A stretch of DNA of 63,049 nucleotides, counting the filler, from Atractiella rhizophila (lineage: Eukaryota), in the NCBI GenBank assembly GCA_021432655.1. It is 4 parts of 4 records of this genome, joined end to end, with 100 filler letters (N's around TTAATTAATTAA, not from the genome) between each part and the next. Parts side by side here need not be neighbours in the genome. Positions count along the whole stretch, not along the records: positions 1 to 27,849 come from MU271741.1; positions 27,950 to 55,696 come from MU271742.1; 2 more parts are not named here. The stretch is one strand, 5' to 3'. Shown in pieces: positions 24,338 to 37,726 of the stretch. Both the position numbers and the translations under genes were made by a program. The number at the start of each line of letters is the position of its first letter. Positions within the stretch are counted from its first letter, which is position 1. The notes below the pieces were generated by a model. That model did not search any database and had not been told where the DNA came from. It saw only the letters and a list, made by a program, of their open reading frames with translations.

Positions 24338-26427
24338 ATGGTCAAAATTAAGGCATGCATTCTCTTATTCTTTTATTATTGCAGTGCTAGTAAGCTGACC
24401 GTGTACTATGAAAGGCCCCCTCGAAGAAGGATCTCACACATACCGTCAAACACAAGAAAGCTTCTATCCTCTTCTAGTCCGTTCATCATTCTCCCCCTCT
24501 CCTCCTTAAAGATGGGTTGAATCGAATGCGTCTATGGTGCAGCTCCATAGTCATAGTCTGCGGCTGGTTCGCGCCACCGCTCGCCGTCCTCGTCCGATTC
24601 GGAGTCGGCAAGGACTTCTTCCTCAACATCATCCTCACCCTCTGCGGCTACTTCCCCGGCCACTTCCACAACTTCTACCTCCAGAACATCAGGAACAATA
24701 AGAACAGGGCGAGGACGCCAAAGTGGGCGATTAGGTACGGGCTGGTGCATGTGAAGGACCCGAAGAAGAATCCGAAGCGCCAGTGGGCCAATCGGTATGA
24801 GGGTACGTTGTCTCTTTTGGGTTTGACATGGTTGCTGTGTTGCGTTGGTGTTGCATCGGAGTGGAACAATTCCCCTGCGGGTTGTCCTGGAGCTATCTAC
24901 TGAGCCAGACGTTCCTCGAGATGTGACGGATGAGTGCATATCTCCCTTTGTCTCTCCAAAGCATGAGCACAGAAGATCACAAGGTCCCATGCTCTCTAGT
25001 CCTACAGGACTTTGCGGACCAGGGGATGTGGGTGATTTGAATAGCTGCCCATTCTGTGCCTTTGTCCTGTAACCCTATCTAGCCTTCGTTCGTATCAGGC
25101 TATTCTTTCTCTTCCCTCCCAGGTTATATCGGTATACGACGAGTCTTCTCGTCCTTCGCTATGCATTGCCATTCCATCAAATACAATGATTGAATAACTG
25201 CACTGTTGTAGAGAGAACAATGCTTCGGGTGAGAACCGTGGAACTAGGCATAGCTCTGAAGTGCACAGCTTCTGTACCTTGACTTAGGGTTGGACATCAA
25301 ACTTATCATGTCACTTTAAATGCCCCTATTTCAAGTAACATCCAATGTTAGAACGCTGCATCAGTGCATATGTGGCTTATGCAACGAACTCCCAGAGCGT
25401 ATTGATGGGGAAGGAGACACTTTCTGGTAAACTGAGCGGAAAATTCTCTTGTGACGAGACCGCGCCACATCTGTCTGTCTCATAAATGCATATCTGGACG
25501 TCGATGTCTTCTGCGCCTAATTACAACGGGCAGTTGACATCATGCTACGGACTTAGGATCAGGTTTGTGTTAGTATATCCATCTTTCGGCATGCATTGCG
25601 ATGAGCATGTTGGCGCTTAAACTTCCTCTTATTTATATTACCACTGTGTTTCAAACGAACGACCCCAACTAACCTGTTTTCCCTCTCACCCAGAACGTAA
25701 TCCCTACAACGACTACGAGGACGATGCATCCTCTGGATCTCCATCTCAATCCGCTTCCTGGGACGGAAGAGGACCTGAACCACCACCAAAGGATGACCTC
25801 TACTCCGGCGGACCACGACACAAAGCTCTGGAACGCCTATCCCCCTGTTCGTATTCCGTCCCTCATTTCATCATTCAGCATGACTAACTTCGCATGGGAT
25901 GGATAGGGAAAGATGTGATCGACGCCGAAGAGGTAGAAGACGGATACGACTATGCCACCGGAGCTTCGTCCGCGAGGAACAAAGCCCATAGGTCTGGAAG
26001 GGACGAAGACGTCGAGGAATTTTACGCCACCGATGGCCTCCAGGATTCCAACGCTGCCTCTTCAGCACATTCGGGGAGACATCATGGAGGGGGAGGGTCG
26101 AAGATCCGCAACCTCGTCACGGGCACGAGTTCGCGACAGGAGCCGGATAGGTTCGATAGGATGGAGAGGGCGAGGAAGAGGACGTACGAGGATAATTCTC
26201 GGGTTGGGAATAGTGGTGGAGGAGGAGGAGATGAGTGGGAGAGGAGGGAGGGAATCGGGTTCTTTGGTGGTGAACAAGATGCGAGGGCTTACGATGAACC
26301 TGTGGGTGCTGGGAGACAGGGACAGGGAGCAGGTAGGAGGAGGACGGGCGACGAGGATGGTGCGTCCCATTTCCCTGAGGATGCAACGGAACTAATGAGG
26401 TGTAAAGCCCTCGAACATCAATTTTAA
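24338..26427 (+). CDS. Pmp3/UPF0057 proteolipid-domain protein with long disordered C-terminal tail
   Basis: GWFAPPLAVLVRFGVGKDFFLNIILTLCGYFPGHFH matches the Pmp3 motif; downstream exons at 25694 and about 25907 are acidic/Gly-rich and end EHQF-stop. Confidence 0.8.
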
Positions 26428-26987
26428 CTGTTCACGATCAATACCAATACCGACGTTTTAACACTACAGTCCTTTTTACTCCTATTGATCAACATTCACC
26501 TACACATCCCTTCCCCTTCTCTTTCTCTACTCGATCAGTGTATCTTAGGCTTTGGATCTTTCTGTGTTCTGTTTAACGTTGTCGGATCGGCATAGTCGTC
26601 ATACCTAGCGGGTATTGAGCACGATGGACATTTTAGGTGGAAAATCCTGTACATAAGGAGGGTAATGGGTCTTCGTAAATGAAATATTCTTACTCTGTGT
26701 CTGAGGGCGTGCCATTCTGTTGGGAAAGTCGATGTTCCAAAGACAATACAGTAACTTGACAATTATCTACATGAGAAAGTGCCGTATTCAGGCAGCAGAA
26801 GGACAAAATTTACACAGCGAATTCTCCAAACTTTTCCTCCTCAACCATATCATGATCAACAACATTGGGCACTGAAACACAGATACTGAAGCACGAAACA
26901 AACCGTGGCCGGTGGCCATTCCTCATATCTCAATATTAACCAAAAGGCAAAAGCCAAACCAAATCGGCATTCTGGCTCCTTGCTCCT

Positions 26988-27849
26988 TCAACTGCTACCC
27001 TGCGAGCTCTTTCGGTGACGATGATAAACTTCAGTTGCAGCGGCCTGAACGATCTTGCTTCTCCTAGCGCTCTCATCCTCGCTCTCGTCCGCCTCTTCCC
27101 CTCCTTCCTCATCCTCCACATCTGCGGGGACATCCACGTCCACTTCTTCCATATTGTCTGCTCCGTCCGTTCCATTCAAGACATGTTTCTTGCGTTCGAT
27201 CGCCTTTTTTCTCGCTTCCATTCGTTCCTTCATGCCCGACAAAGTGGTGCGAGATTTAGTCATGGAAGAGGAAGGGAAAGGAGAAAGCGCCTCGTCCTTC
27301 TCTTCGGATACCGAAAAAGTTCCAGTACTGGACCTCCTAAGCGCATCTCCAACATCCTCCTCCTCAGGCACCGAAACCTGTACACCATCCTTCTTCTTCT
27401 CCCATGCACCAGCCTCCCTTTTGTCCTCCTTTCCATCCTTCCCCGTCCTCCCGGCCTCCTTGGCCAATTCGCTCGCTCGCATGACGAACTTGGTATCCCC
27501 ATCCTCCTTCTGGGCCTGTATGGCACTATTCACCCTCTCCGGACTCAACGTCCTCGTCAACGGCGCGCCCGGGGATCCGTTGATCAAACTGGCGCGCGCG
27601 GAGACGCCGAGGGAGATGCTGTTGGAGCGGTTCTTGGGTTTGCCGGTGGGGAGAGGGGCGAAGTGGATCGTGGAGCTCCGTCGTGGAGAGCGACCTTCGG
27701 TTGCGATTGGAGAGGTGGGAGGTGCGTCTGCGGTGGCGGGTTTGGTGGGCATTTCGGAGGGAGAAACGGGTCTAGGGACGGTGGGTTTGGTTGCGCCGGT
27801 GGAGGGGATGGAGGTCGTGGAGACGGCGGGAGAGGTGGGAGGCGTGGAG
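26988..27849 (-). CDS. Hypothetical low-complexity protein, 5' end lost in gap
   Basis: Open frame runs into the N gap; contains IHFAPLP...RSNSISLGVSAR and an acidic tail. Confidence 0.55.
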
Positions 27850-27949
27850 NNNNNNNNNNNNNNNNNNNNNNNNNNNNNNNNNNNNNNNNNNNNTTAATTA
27901 ATTAANNNNNNNNNNNNNNNNNNNNNNNNNNNNNNNNNNNNNNNNNNNN
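27850..27949. other. Assembly gap with artificial TTAATTAATTAA linker
   Basis: Exactly 100 bp: 44 N, TTAATTAATTAA (stops in all six frames), 44 N. Confidence 0.95.
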
Positions 27950-28445
27950 TACTCGATTACGTCCCCTTCGACACCGATTATTCGCTTCATTCCGCACCCT
28001 TGTGGGTGCAAGGGCAGGGAGTAGGCGACCAGTTGGCCGCGATGGAAGGCGCTTAGGTTCTTTAACGAACTGATGAGCGATTTTTTCGCTGTCAGTGTAG
28101 GAGAAGTAGAAGGGGAGGAAGTGCTGCAGGTCGATGAGGTAGAGGAAGAGGAAGGGAGACAAGCGAGGAGACGAAGGAGGACAGGGCGGACGATGAGAAT
28201 GGCGTGTCCAGTGGTGAGGGTCGGGTACATCGATTGGCCTACGCACTTTGGAAGGGCTTTTGAGGCTAGGTTATGGCTGAATGGGATGGTGGAGAGCGAC
28301 GCACGGTTTGGACAGTGAGGAAGTGGGTTGTGAATAGATGAAGAGTGCAGGAAAGGGGGATGAGTGAGAGCAGCCCGTATGTAATTGGGCGGATAATGTT
28401 GGGTTTTAGCGGCTTGTTCGGACGAAGCGCCTTGAGGAGAGCCAT
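27950..28445 (-). CDS. Peptidase S26 (mitochondrial inner membrane peptidase Imp1/Imp2-like), 3' end in gap
   Basis: Catalytic Ser box GQSMYPTL, RGQLVAY and Lys box MKRIIGVEGD; basic N-terminus MALLKALRPNKPLK. Confidence 0.8.
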
Positions 28446-28787
28446 CCTGAATATTACTTCTGACTTGCGTATTACCAGATTATTACTGGGATGTGTGTTA
28501 TTTGAAATTGAAGCAAGGAAAAGATTATGGGCCGTGCGGAGGAAAGAGTTTGTACAAACGCGAAGGGTTCTAGTTGAACCGTTGAAGAGGGACGGTTCAT
28601 AGTGAGCACTTCCTTTTCATTCTTTCCTTCTTTGTAGGCTGCTGAAATTCCATACTTTATTGTAACACATAATGTAGATAATTAATTGCAAGCTTCGTGT
28701 ATCAATCGCCCTCAGGCTCGTCAACCCGATCATCTCTGCTCCCATGCTCTGTTACTACGCTCAGAGCCTTATGAAGTACCTCATCAG

Positions 28788-30567
28788 CTACCTCCCAAAG
28801 AATAACCTAATTTTCAAAGAATAACCTTGGTTGACCTTGTAGAACCAGTGGATGAAATGCGGTAGCTCTGAGCAATCCGTCACCAGGTAGGCAAGCTCAA
28901 CCAGCTTGACCTCCGTCGTCTTAAGAGTGCCGAGGAATTCACCGTAAACTTGAACAAGGTTCGATGTTTCTGCTCCGCCGTCAAGAATGAGATAGGTTAG
29001 ATGTACAAGGTGTGACCAATCGAGTGGTTCGTGCAGGAAAGAAAACGGAAAGAGTACTAGCGCTAGTTTTCGCAGGCTAGATGGCAAAGAGCCGATAGAA
29101 TCAGGGAGGAGACATACATCGATAAGTCGAAGCTGCTGAAGAGTATCTGGGAGGTGGGAGAGCTATTCGTCGGGATGGAAATGGCAGCTGGTGACGTCTA
29201 GGGTTTCTAAGTGAGGAGTTAATCGATGGAGGCTTGATCCCAGAGGGGCAGCGGACGAAGGAGAGCCCCCCGTATCATAATTGAGACGTGTAATCTTCCC
29301 CTCGTATTCCGAAGAAAGTGCCCCATATCCTCTTTCTTCCACCTTCTTTCAGGACCGACATGTCCAAAGGTAACCCACTCAACCCTCCCCAAGCTTGCAA
29401 TTGCAATTAACACCACCTTCGCCTCCGCTTCATTCCACAATGGCCTCATGCAAACCTCCCTAACATTCATTGAGCCGGCAATAACTTCTTTCACCATCTT
29501 GACATTTTTGTCATCTCCGACTTGCTCGAAGTTAAGCCTCTTCCACAGACGTCCTGCACCAGGATACCGTTTCAATCTATCATGTTTCTCAACCGCACTC
29601 CAGGGCTCCATCCAATAAGGAACCGAAAAGAAGTTTCTAAGTATGGCTGACTTTCGAAAGCTCGGATACTTCCTCCTCGCCATCGTCGAAACTGCTGTGA
29701 AAAGTGTCCTTCTGGAGAAAGCCGAAGATAAGAGAGAGGACTTCGTAGGGAGCTGAGAGATATAGCACCTTATCGCAGAGAGAGAGTTGGATGACGACCG
29801 AATCCAACAGGTTGACAGGCTTGGAATACGAGGATAGGTCACTGACAGGGACGAGGCGCTGTGGGTGCAGCTGACAGAATCAGGTGGTTCAGGCCAACAG
29901 TAGGCGACGGGGGTGACAATAGCATGTGAGCGATGTTCTGGGAGGGGAAAGGTGTGAGTGAAGCGAATCGTTTGTGGTGGAGTCCCAAGGAAACAATCGT
30001 ATCCTGTCTTGTGATCGGACAAGCGACACATCAAGTTTCTAATTTCGAGCGTTGATAAATGACGAGGTGTTGGATGAGACAAATCCAAAGCTGCAGCTCC
30101 TTCACCCTCCCCAAAAGTTATCATGAAATTGTTCAAACTGTAGGTGATGTAGAGGTTCGCTACGCCGTCGCTTTCGACCTCATTTCCACTTTCGATACCC
30201 TCAAGTGAGAAATGGAACAATCTCGAGGATACCATGGTAGGCGTCCAATGTATCCTCGCCAGAGGTAAGACATAGGAGACGCGCAGTGTACGAATTGATG
30301 AAGGCAGGCAAGACAGAACAGAAAACTGGGAAGAATGGACAGGCACAGAGGACTGCGGTGCTCTGGTGCGATGAGGTCAAGAAGTCCCATCGGGGACGGT
30401 TGCAGAGAACCTTCGAAGGGGATTAAACGTTGCGGCTCATCAGCGTGGACTATAACCCATAAACGATGTTTGATGCGAAGATGAAGGGCAAATAGATCAT
30501 GCCTGGGCTGCATCCTCAAACAATGCGACTTCAGCCATCTTTGATCGTCTCTGCAGGATGTCTCCAA
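28788..30567 (-). pseudogene. Fragmented paralogue of the 21966-23546 F-box/LRR-like family
   Basis: YWMEPWSAVEKHDRLKRYPGAGRLWKRLNF aligns by eye with LMVEPSNGQLKLRHLTSFPQIMKCWNQLNF; coding signal is split over three ORFs with stops and frame changes and no obvious introns to repair them. Confidence 0.5.
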
Positions 30568-31299
30568 ATCGAGACTGTGTGGTTGTGGAAAGGGAACAAA
30601 TGCTGAGAATGGGAGGTTATGGCAGGTCGATGGATGGGATGGATTTGACTTTGTAGGAGCTCCGTGTCCGGACGTAGATCAGCAAATTCTAGCGAATGAC
30701 ATTCAAAAGATCTACACCTTCTTCTGCGGGATGGCCCCTGGTCCCATAGCGGTTCGCGTTGGGTTCTGACATCAAACATCCAAGCCGCACGGCTTTCACC
30801 GACGCCATTCCTCCATCCTCCTTCGTCCCTCACCTGGACAATAATACCATTTCGAATGGGTGAACTTTAGAGTAAATCTTCAAGCGTGAGAACGTCCCTG
30901 ACAAACAAAGCTTGGAAAGTTCGATTTTCGGTTGGTGCAATTGAAACAAGTGGAGAAGCATAGTGCGACGCTGCAATGGGAGCGACTAAAATTTGAAATT
31001 GAAACAAGGAACTAGGAAAGATGCTGGTTGATGCATATTAATACGTTCTTCGTCGAAAGCACAGACTTACACGTTATATATTATTGGAGGCAGGACCTCT
31101 CACTTGCCTCCGCGTACCCACAAGCACTATTGCTAAGCAAACATGGTGCGTCATCTCTGCAGCTGCTGGAAAGACTGGGGAAAGACGTAGTCTTGGCTAC
31201 TTATTACTTCAATACCCTACAACATATATAGTCACAACCATTTCCATTTCTATTTCATCCCATCTACCAACAAAACTGATTAGCTGACTAACGGACTAT

Positions 31300-33354
31300 G
31301 TGATGTGTTTCCAGTCCCTCTTCGGCCGTCGCAAGCGTCCCGCTCCCCCACTCACGCCGGAGCCTCCACCTCCACCACCCTCCCTCCCGGCTATTCACAG
31401 CACGCCCTCCCTCCCGGAGCTCGCAAGGACCTATGGAATCTCTCTTCCACCCCAACAGGTGCCACAAAAAGGTGGGAAAGCGCCAATAAGCGCGGAAGGG
31501 GAGCGAGGACGGAAATACCACTACCCTCCTCGCGTCTCTGGGGATGTTCAACGGTCCCAATCTGACTTAGGACACGGAGGAGGAGGAGGAGGAGGGAGAC
31601 CGTCGAATGTGGGAAGCGTGTCGGTGAATGGACATGGGAAAAGTATTGCGGAGATGTACAAGCGCGAAGAGTTTGTCAATTCTCCTTCCGCAAGACAGAC
31701 GGGCTATCGTCCTCCTTCTTTCCTCTACTCTCCGGGCTCGGCACCTCCTATCCCGTCGCTCTCGGCGCTGAGGAGTGCGAAAGCGAGAAATAGAGCTCCA
31801 AGGTCTACAAAGGCGCCGCAGACTTTTAATCTCGTCGTGGTGGGCGATAGTGGGACTGGAAAGAGCTCGTACCTAAGAACTTTGCTTGCCACCTTCGGGA
31901 ATGGTGCGGAGGATCAGTTTGTGGTTGGTGGGAAGACGACGGTGGAGGTGGTGAGCGAGGAGGGGGAGAGAATCAAGTTGTCGGTTGTGGATACGAAGGG
32001 ACTGGGGATGAGTGAGGGGAGGGATGAGTTGGAGACGGAGAGGAGGTTGGGGAAGGTTGTTAGGTTGTGTGAGGAGAAGTTTGAGGAGGTCTTAGTCGAG
32101 GAGGGACAGGTACGTCCGTCATTTCTTCCTTCTTCAGAAACTTGCTGGAAACCGACGTCGACGTCGTATTTTCAATTTTGAAGTTTGAGGGACGAGATTA
32201 CTAATGAGGAGGAACGAATGGACAGGTATATCGAACGACCTCCAAGTCACATGACGCCTTCATCCACCTCTGTCTCTACTTCCTCAACCACTCCTCCATC
32301 CTCCCTCGCCCCTCCACCTCTCACACCAACGGGGTCTCATCCCTCTCCTCTCCCAGTCTCCCAGCCTCAGCAGAGGCCGACGAAAGAGGATTCGGAGACC
32401 AAACCAAGGAGCAGCTGACGATCTCACCCCTTGACCTCCGTCTCATCAAACGGCTCTCTGCTCGCGCGAATGTGTTGCCAGTCATTGGGAGAGCGGATGA
32501 GCTGACGGAGGAGAGGTTGAGAGAGTGTAAGGAGGCGGTGAGGAGGGATTTGGGGAGGATAGGTATTGGAGGTGGTGGGTGGGGAGTTTTTGGACGGGAA
32601 GGTGTGGATGAAGACGAAGAGGAAGAGCTTGCTGTACCCGTGCAGGGGAGGGGGAGAAGCAAGTCCGTTAAATCTGAAGCCGCGATCACTGAAGAGGGAG
32701 AGGAAGAAAACGAAGAGGGTGAAGTGGAGGGAGAGGAGGAAGAGGAAGAGGAACAACCAAAAGTCATAAAAGTCCGTTCACGGTCTCCTCACGTCTCTAA
32801 ATCCCCAAACCCTCAACCCTCAACCCCGAAAGCGACCCCGCGCAGGAAGTCTCTGCATTTCGGAGGCGCTCCAGCTTGGGGAATTAGCAATGGAGGAGTG
32901 GACGAACCCCCTCTTCCTGACGTCGCGGAAGTGCTACCGTTCGCTCTCATCAGTCCTGAGAACCCGTGGGCGAAGGACGGGCCGGGAAAGTTTGAGAGGA
33001 AGTTCAAGTGGGGAAGAGTCGAGGTCCTCAATGAGGAACATTGTGATTTCGAACCGTTGAGACGCGCCGTGTTTGGCGGATACTTTAAGGTCCGTCACCT
33101 CCTTCCTTCCTCGTAGCATTTAGATTATTGATGCGATTTGTTGTGTTGTGATGCAGCTGTTGAAGGACTCGACGAGGCAGGAGAAGTACGAACCGTTCCG
33201 GACTCAGAGGCTGTTGGCCAGGAGGGCGACGAGGAATATTAGCAGCGAACAGAGGGAGGAACTCTTGAAAGACCTCGAGAAGGGTGCGACGCTAGGGTTA
33301 GGAGCCGCAGTACCCCTGCCTGAGAGCAGAGCGACGAGCGTGGATCATCACTGA
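31300..33354 (+). CDS. Divergent septin-family GTPase
   Basis: G1 GDSGTGKS, G3 VVDTKG, HLCLYF, NVLPVIGRADEL (G4-like), PFALI and septin-unique element RKFKWGRVEVLNEEHCDF. Confidence 0.85.
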
Positions 33355-33878
33355 ATCCCTAGCCCCCAACTCCTCTTCAGTGATAGTGACGTTGCACTGA
33401 CAGTCTCTGGATCTTAAATTTGTTTTGACGTGTGGAAAATCTTTTAGTTCTCGTTAGTGCTTCTCCTCTTATTATGATCGATGTATTCTTGGGTTCGAGT
33501 TGATTGATGAAAACACCATGTGGTGCTCGCCTCGTTGTTGGATGGATGGCTGATGTTTGCCAGGATGCGGAGTTCAGTGAACCCTCTCTTTCTTTACTCT
33601 TTGATTCGGAGGAATGATCCCAGCCTCACCTTTTTGATTCACGTTTGGATCTTGATTGACTGCATATACCCTCACGCTCGCTTTCTATAACTCCTTTCTG
33701 ACCATCTCACAAAATATCATCAAAATATCGGTTACCGTCTTCTTGCTCATAGTTTTATAACCTTAATGGTACCACTTCAGGCATTCTGGAACCTTTGTGA
33801 TCAGTTTCTGCTCCTTCTTCCTCTAGCAAACGCTTCGAGAGTACCAAACAGTTGAATGTCATTCCCATTTCTAGCTAC

Positions 33879-35922
33879 CTATCCATACCTGACGCCCTCT
33901 CCTCCCCCGAACCAATCATCCGTCTTCTTCGCCTCATCTGTTCGAGCATAATTCCAAATCACGCTCTTCCCGACCGTGTAACTCTCGTACGCTTCCTTCC
34001 CATTCTCCTTCCCGATCCCACTCCCCTTTACTCCACCCCAAGGAGACGAAGGATCGTTTCTATGGTGCGTGTTGATCCATACCATCCCGCTCTGGAGCGC
34101 ATTCGACACTCGAATCGCCCTTCCTCCGTCCGACGTCCAGATCCCGGCTCCAAGCCCATATTGAGAATCGTTTGCCAACCTGTTCAGATTGAGTGTCAGA
34201 AGAGCAGGACATGAAGGAGGGAGTGAGAAAGTACCGAATAGCCTCCTCTTCGTTGGAGAAGGTGGTGACGACCAAAACTGGCCCAAATGCTTCTTCTTTC
34301 CAAACCTCATAGTCCGAACACTTCTCCCGATCCACTACGAGGACAGTAGGCTCGAACCAGAACCCGTTGACGTGCTCTTCATCCTCCTTCAGACCCGTCG
34401 GCCGCTGCCCTCCATATAAGAGCTCGGCGCCAGCTTGAAGCGCTCGCTTGACCATCCCTTCTACTCTGGTCAACCCTGAAGCTGAGATCAGGGGACCCAT
34501 GAGCGTTTCAGGATCAAGAGGTGACCTCATGTGTTTCGAAATGTGCTGTAAACGTGGTACCAGCGCAGATTTGAACTGGGAGAGAAGAGACTCGTGGATG
34601 AGAAGACGTGTTCCTGAGACGCAAGTCTGTCCTGATGCAACGAAGGAGGCGAACAGAAGGCCGTTAATAGATGTTTCTAGATCTGCATCCTCTATCCAAC
34701 ACCAGATGAGTAGACAGAGGGTTGTACATAAAAAGGAACCAACCAAAAATGAGGATCGGTGCTTTACCACCCAGCTCCGCCGTCATAGGTATCACTCTTC
34801 CAGTGTTTGCGATGAGCTGGTTGATCTTCACGCCCGTCGGCGTTCCTCCCTGAATAGCGCAGGTCAATACGCAGAAACTAGTTCAACAGCGAGCATTGCA
34901 GACCGTGAAATCAACGCGCCGAATGGAAGGATGTCGTATAATCTCTTGGACAACTTCCGGTCCGCCAGGAAGGATGGAGACCACCCCTTCAGGGACTGTC
35001 GTAACAAATCAACGATGTCAACTAGAAGAAAGCATGTCAATACTCACCACCGGCGGAAGCAAGCACATCTCCCAACTCCAGGACCGACAGAGGGGCGAGC
35101 TTCTCTATATTTCAGCACGAGCAAAGGTTAAAAGGAGTCATGTACCTCCGAAGGTTTTACGACGACAGAGCATCCCGCTGCCAAAGCTGCGGATAACTTC
35201 TTGATCGAGATGAGAAGAGGGTGGTTCCAAGGAGTTATCTACACTTTGGAGCTTCAGTCCTCTCAGATCATCAAAAAAAGGCAGAGAAACTACCTGCGCA
35301 ACTACGCCCAGTGGATATCGCTTCATGTAATTGAGTAGAGAGCCCTGTCCAATACAGTCTCGGAGATCTGATTATCACAAACATGAGAAAGACCGACGCT
35401 GGTTGGAAAAACCGGATCTTCATGTGTACGCGCGACGCTCGCAAAATACTCTATTAGCAATGACGTTACATAAAGATCATCGTACTGTGAAGTTGAGACA
35501 GAGAACAAACCGAACCACTCCCCAACCCTCCCCAGCTGTGTTTTCATCTCCCTAATAGGCCGCCCAGTTTGCAGTGTTTCTAGTTCCACCAACCGTGGTA
35601 AACGCTCTTCAAAGATCCTTGCCGCTCGTTGGAGAACTTGCGAGCGGTGAGAAGGTGACGCGCGGGACCAAATGCCAGAATCAAAAGTGGCTTGTGAGAG
35701 GGAGAGCGCTTGGCCGATTTCTACATTAGATGGAGAATATACGGAAGCGAGAGGTTTGGAAGTAGCTGGATTGAGGACCTGAAAACTGGTCACTTTGAGC
35801 TGCGATGTTCAACCAGGCATTGGATGGAAAGCAGAGTACCTGGAGGAAGCGGCTGAAGGAGTAACAAATTTATTCGAGATCCAAGAGGCGTAGGATGGCT
35901 TTAAGGCGATTGTAGGCTTCAT
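33879..35922 (-). CDS. Aldehyde dehydrogenase (NAD(P)+ dependent)
   Basis: [33 protein letters not shown] (catalytic Cys), [30 protein letters not shown]. Confidence 0.92.
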
Positions 35923-36528
35923 CTCGAGGAAGTAAAGCGAATCCAACTCGTCGATTTACCTCGTCTGCTTTGTAGCACAGGATCTGAACACAAGCGTATC
36001 AGCCCTTGACGCATGTTGTTTTTGCAAAGATGAAATGACATCAAGCAAAGGAGTTCCCACCCCATAATATTTCTAGACTAAAAAATTGTGGAAAAATTGT
36101 AACGGTCCATGATTGCGGGAAACATGCTCCACCCTGCCTTGATAGGCGAAAGTATTCCTAACTGGATCCGCCGTAGTCCCACATAGGTGGAGCTTGAACC
36201 GTGATTGGATTGGTATTTTTCCTGTATCACCGATGCTTTGACGAATCAAGCCCCAGTGGCAAGAAACCGATCGAATTTGTCGGCTTCTACCTGGCACATA
36301 GACTCGTGGGAGACTCTGAGCTTTCGCCCGCAGTCACTGCACTCCACATTAGAACATATCCTCAGAGAGGTGGTGACCAGTGGACACGACGTGATGAATC
36401 TGTCGACGATGCCGTGGATGCAGAAGCTCCACTTCAGATCTTAGGTCTGAAGACGCCATTAATGTTCTGAGTAGGGGTATAAAATAGCGTATCAACACAA
36501 GTGTCCAATCAAGTGCGGTATCGCCAAC

Positions 36529-37726
36529 ATGACTGGTAGAAATAGTTTGGTGACTGGAACCTCTGGTGGACTAGGCGTCAGTGGTCTTTGACCTTTTCCA
36601 TCACACCATTAAAGTATAGTGGGAGAACAGCTCGAACTCGTTCATCAACTCTCAAATAACCCCAGCGATCTCGTCTTCGCTCTCACCCGGAACCCTTCCG
36701 CTGCTACTTCCCTGCTAGCACTCGCGAATGAACGGAAGAATGTCATTGTGGTGAAAGGGGATATTACAGAGGAAGCGAGCATGAAATATGCGTTCGAAGA
36801 GGTAAAAGAAAGAATCGGAGGGAAGGGCATCGACGTTCTCATTGCCAAGTACGCTTTCTCCTCTTCATGAACCCGAACCAAAAAGAAGTCCAACTACAGC
36901 GCTGGAGCCATTGACGTCGGTGGAATCAAAAGAGGGGTGGAGGAGATGAGACGGGAGAAATTCAGCAATGTTCCACTTCAAGACTTCAGTGAACTAGTGA
37001 GTGTTCAATCCGGATACGTCTGCGCTGTTACTGAGAGCAGTTACAGTTCAACATCAACGTGATTGGAACCTTGAGAACGGTAAATACCTTCTTGTCACTT
37101 GTTAAAGGTGGCAAGGAAAAGAAAATCGTTATCGTTTCATCCACTATCGGATCATGCAGCTACGTCAACGTGGACGCCATCTTTGATCCACTGAACAATG
37201 GTGTTTTCGTTCCTTATGCAGGTGAGCTCTCTTAATTCGTTTGAATGATTTAAAACGCGCTGGTTAGTTTCAAAGGCTGGTAAGATTCACTATATTCTCT
37301 GAGAAGTTTGCAGCAATACCTAAAGCAACTCTCAGCGCTGAATATGGCAGCAAGAAAGTATGCGGTCGAATTCCACAAGGACGAACTCATCGTGATAAAC
37401 ATTTCACCTGTGGGGTTCTCCCTTTCAAGGCGTGACCGTTATTGATATGCAGAATAGGGATACGTCAAAACTAACGGGTGAATATTTCCTACAAGTCCCT
37501 TTGACACTGACGTTCTCAAAACGTTCACTTCCTTAGGTCAGGAACAGATATCGTGAGTTGCAACCTTTACGAACGATGTGGCTTTTCTGACGAGACGAGC
37601 GCGCTCAAGGCTCCTCTAGAAGCGCCTGAGGCTATTGAAATGCTCATCAAGCTAGTCGACAAGATCACGCTGAGCGACTCAGGACGATTCATTGACGTCC
37701 CAGAAGACAAAGATGCTGCATTTTGA
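36529..37726 (+). CDS. Short-chain dehydrogenase/reductase (CsgA/C-factor-like), copy A
   Basis: TGTSGGLG Rossmann motif, GIDVLIA, spliced YAVSK catalytic motif, SGRFID tail. Confidence 0.85.

Noticed and set aside
25185..25262. ATGATTG...CTGA segment in the long Pmp3 intron as a C/D snoRNA
   Set aside because: Imperfect C box, no terminal stem and no convincing guide complementarity.
27894..27905. Palindromic TTAATTAATTAA recurring three times
   Set aside because: Always centred in a 100-bp N block; an artificial six-frame-stop contig spacer, not biology.
27015..27905. Long plus-strand ORFs of 296 and 280 aa
   Set aside because: Antisense shadows of the low-complexity minus-strand CDS; they end only at the linker.
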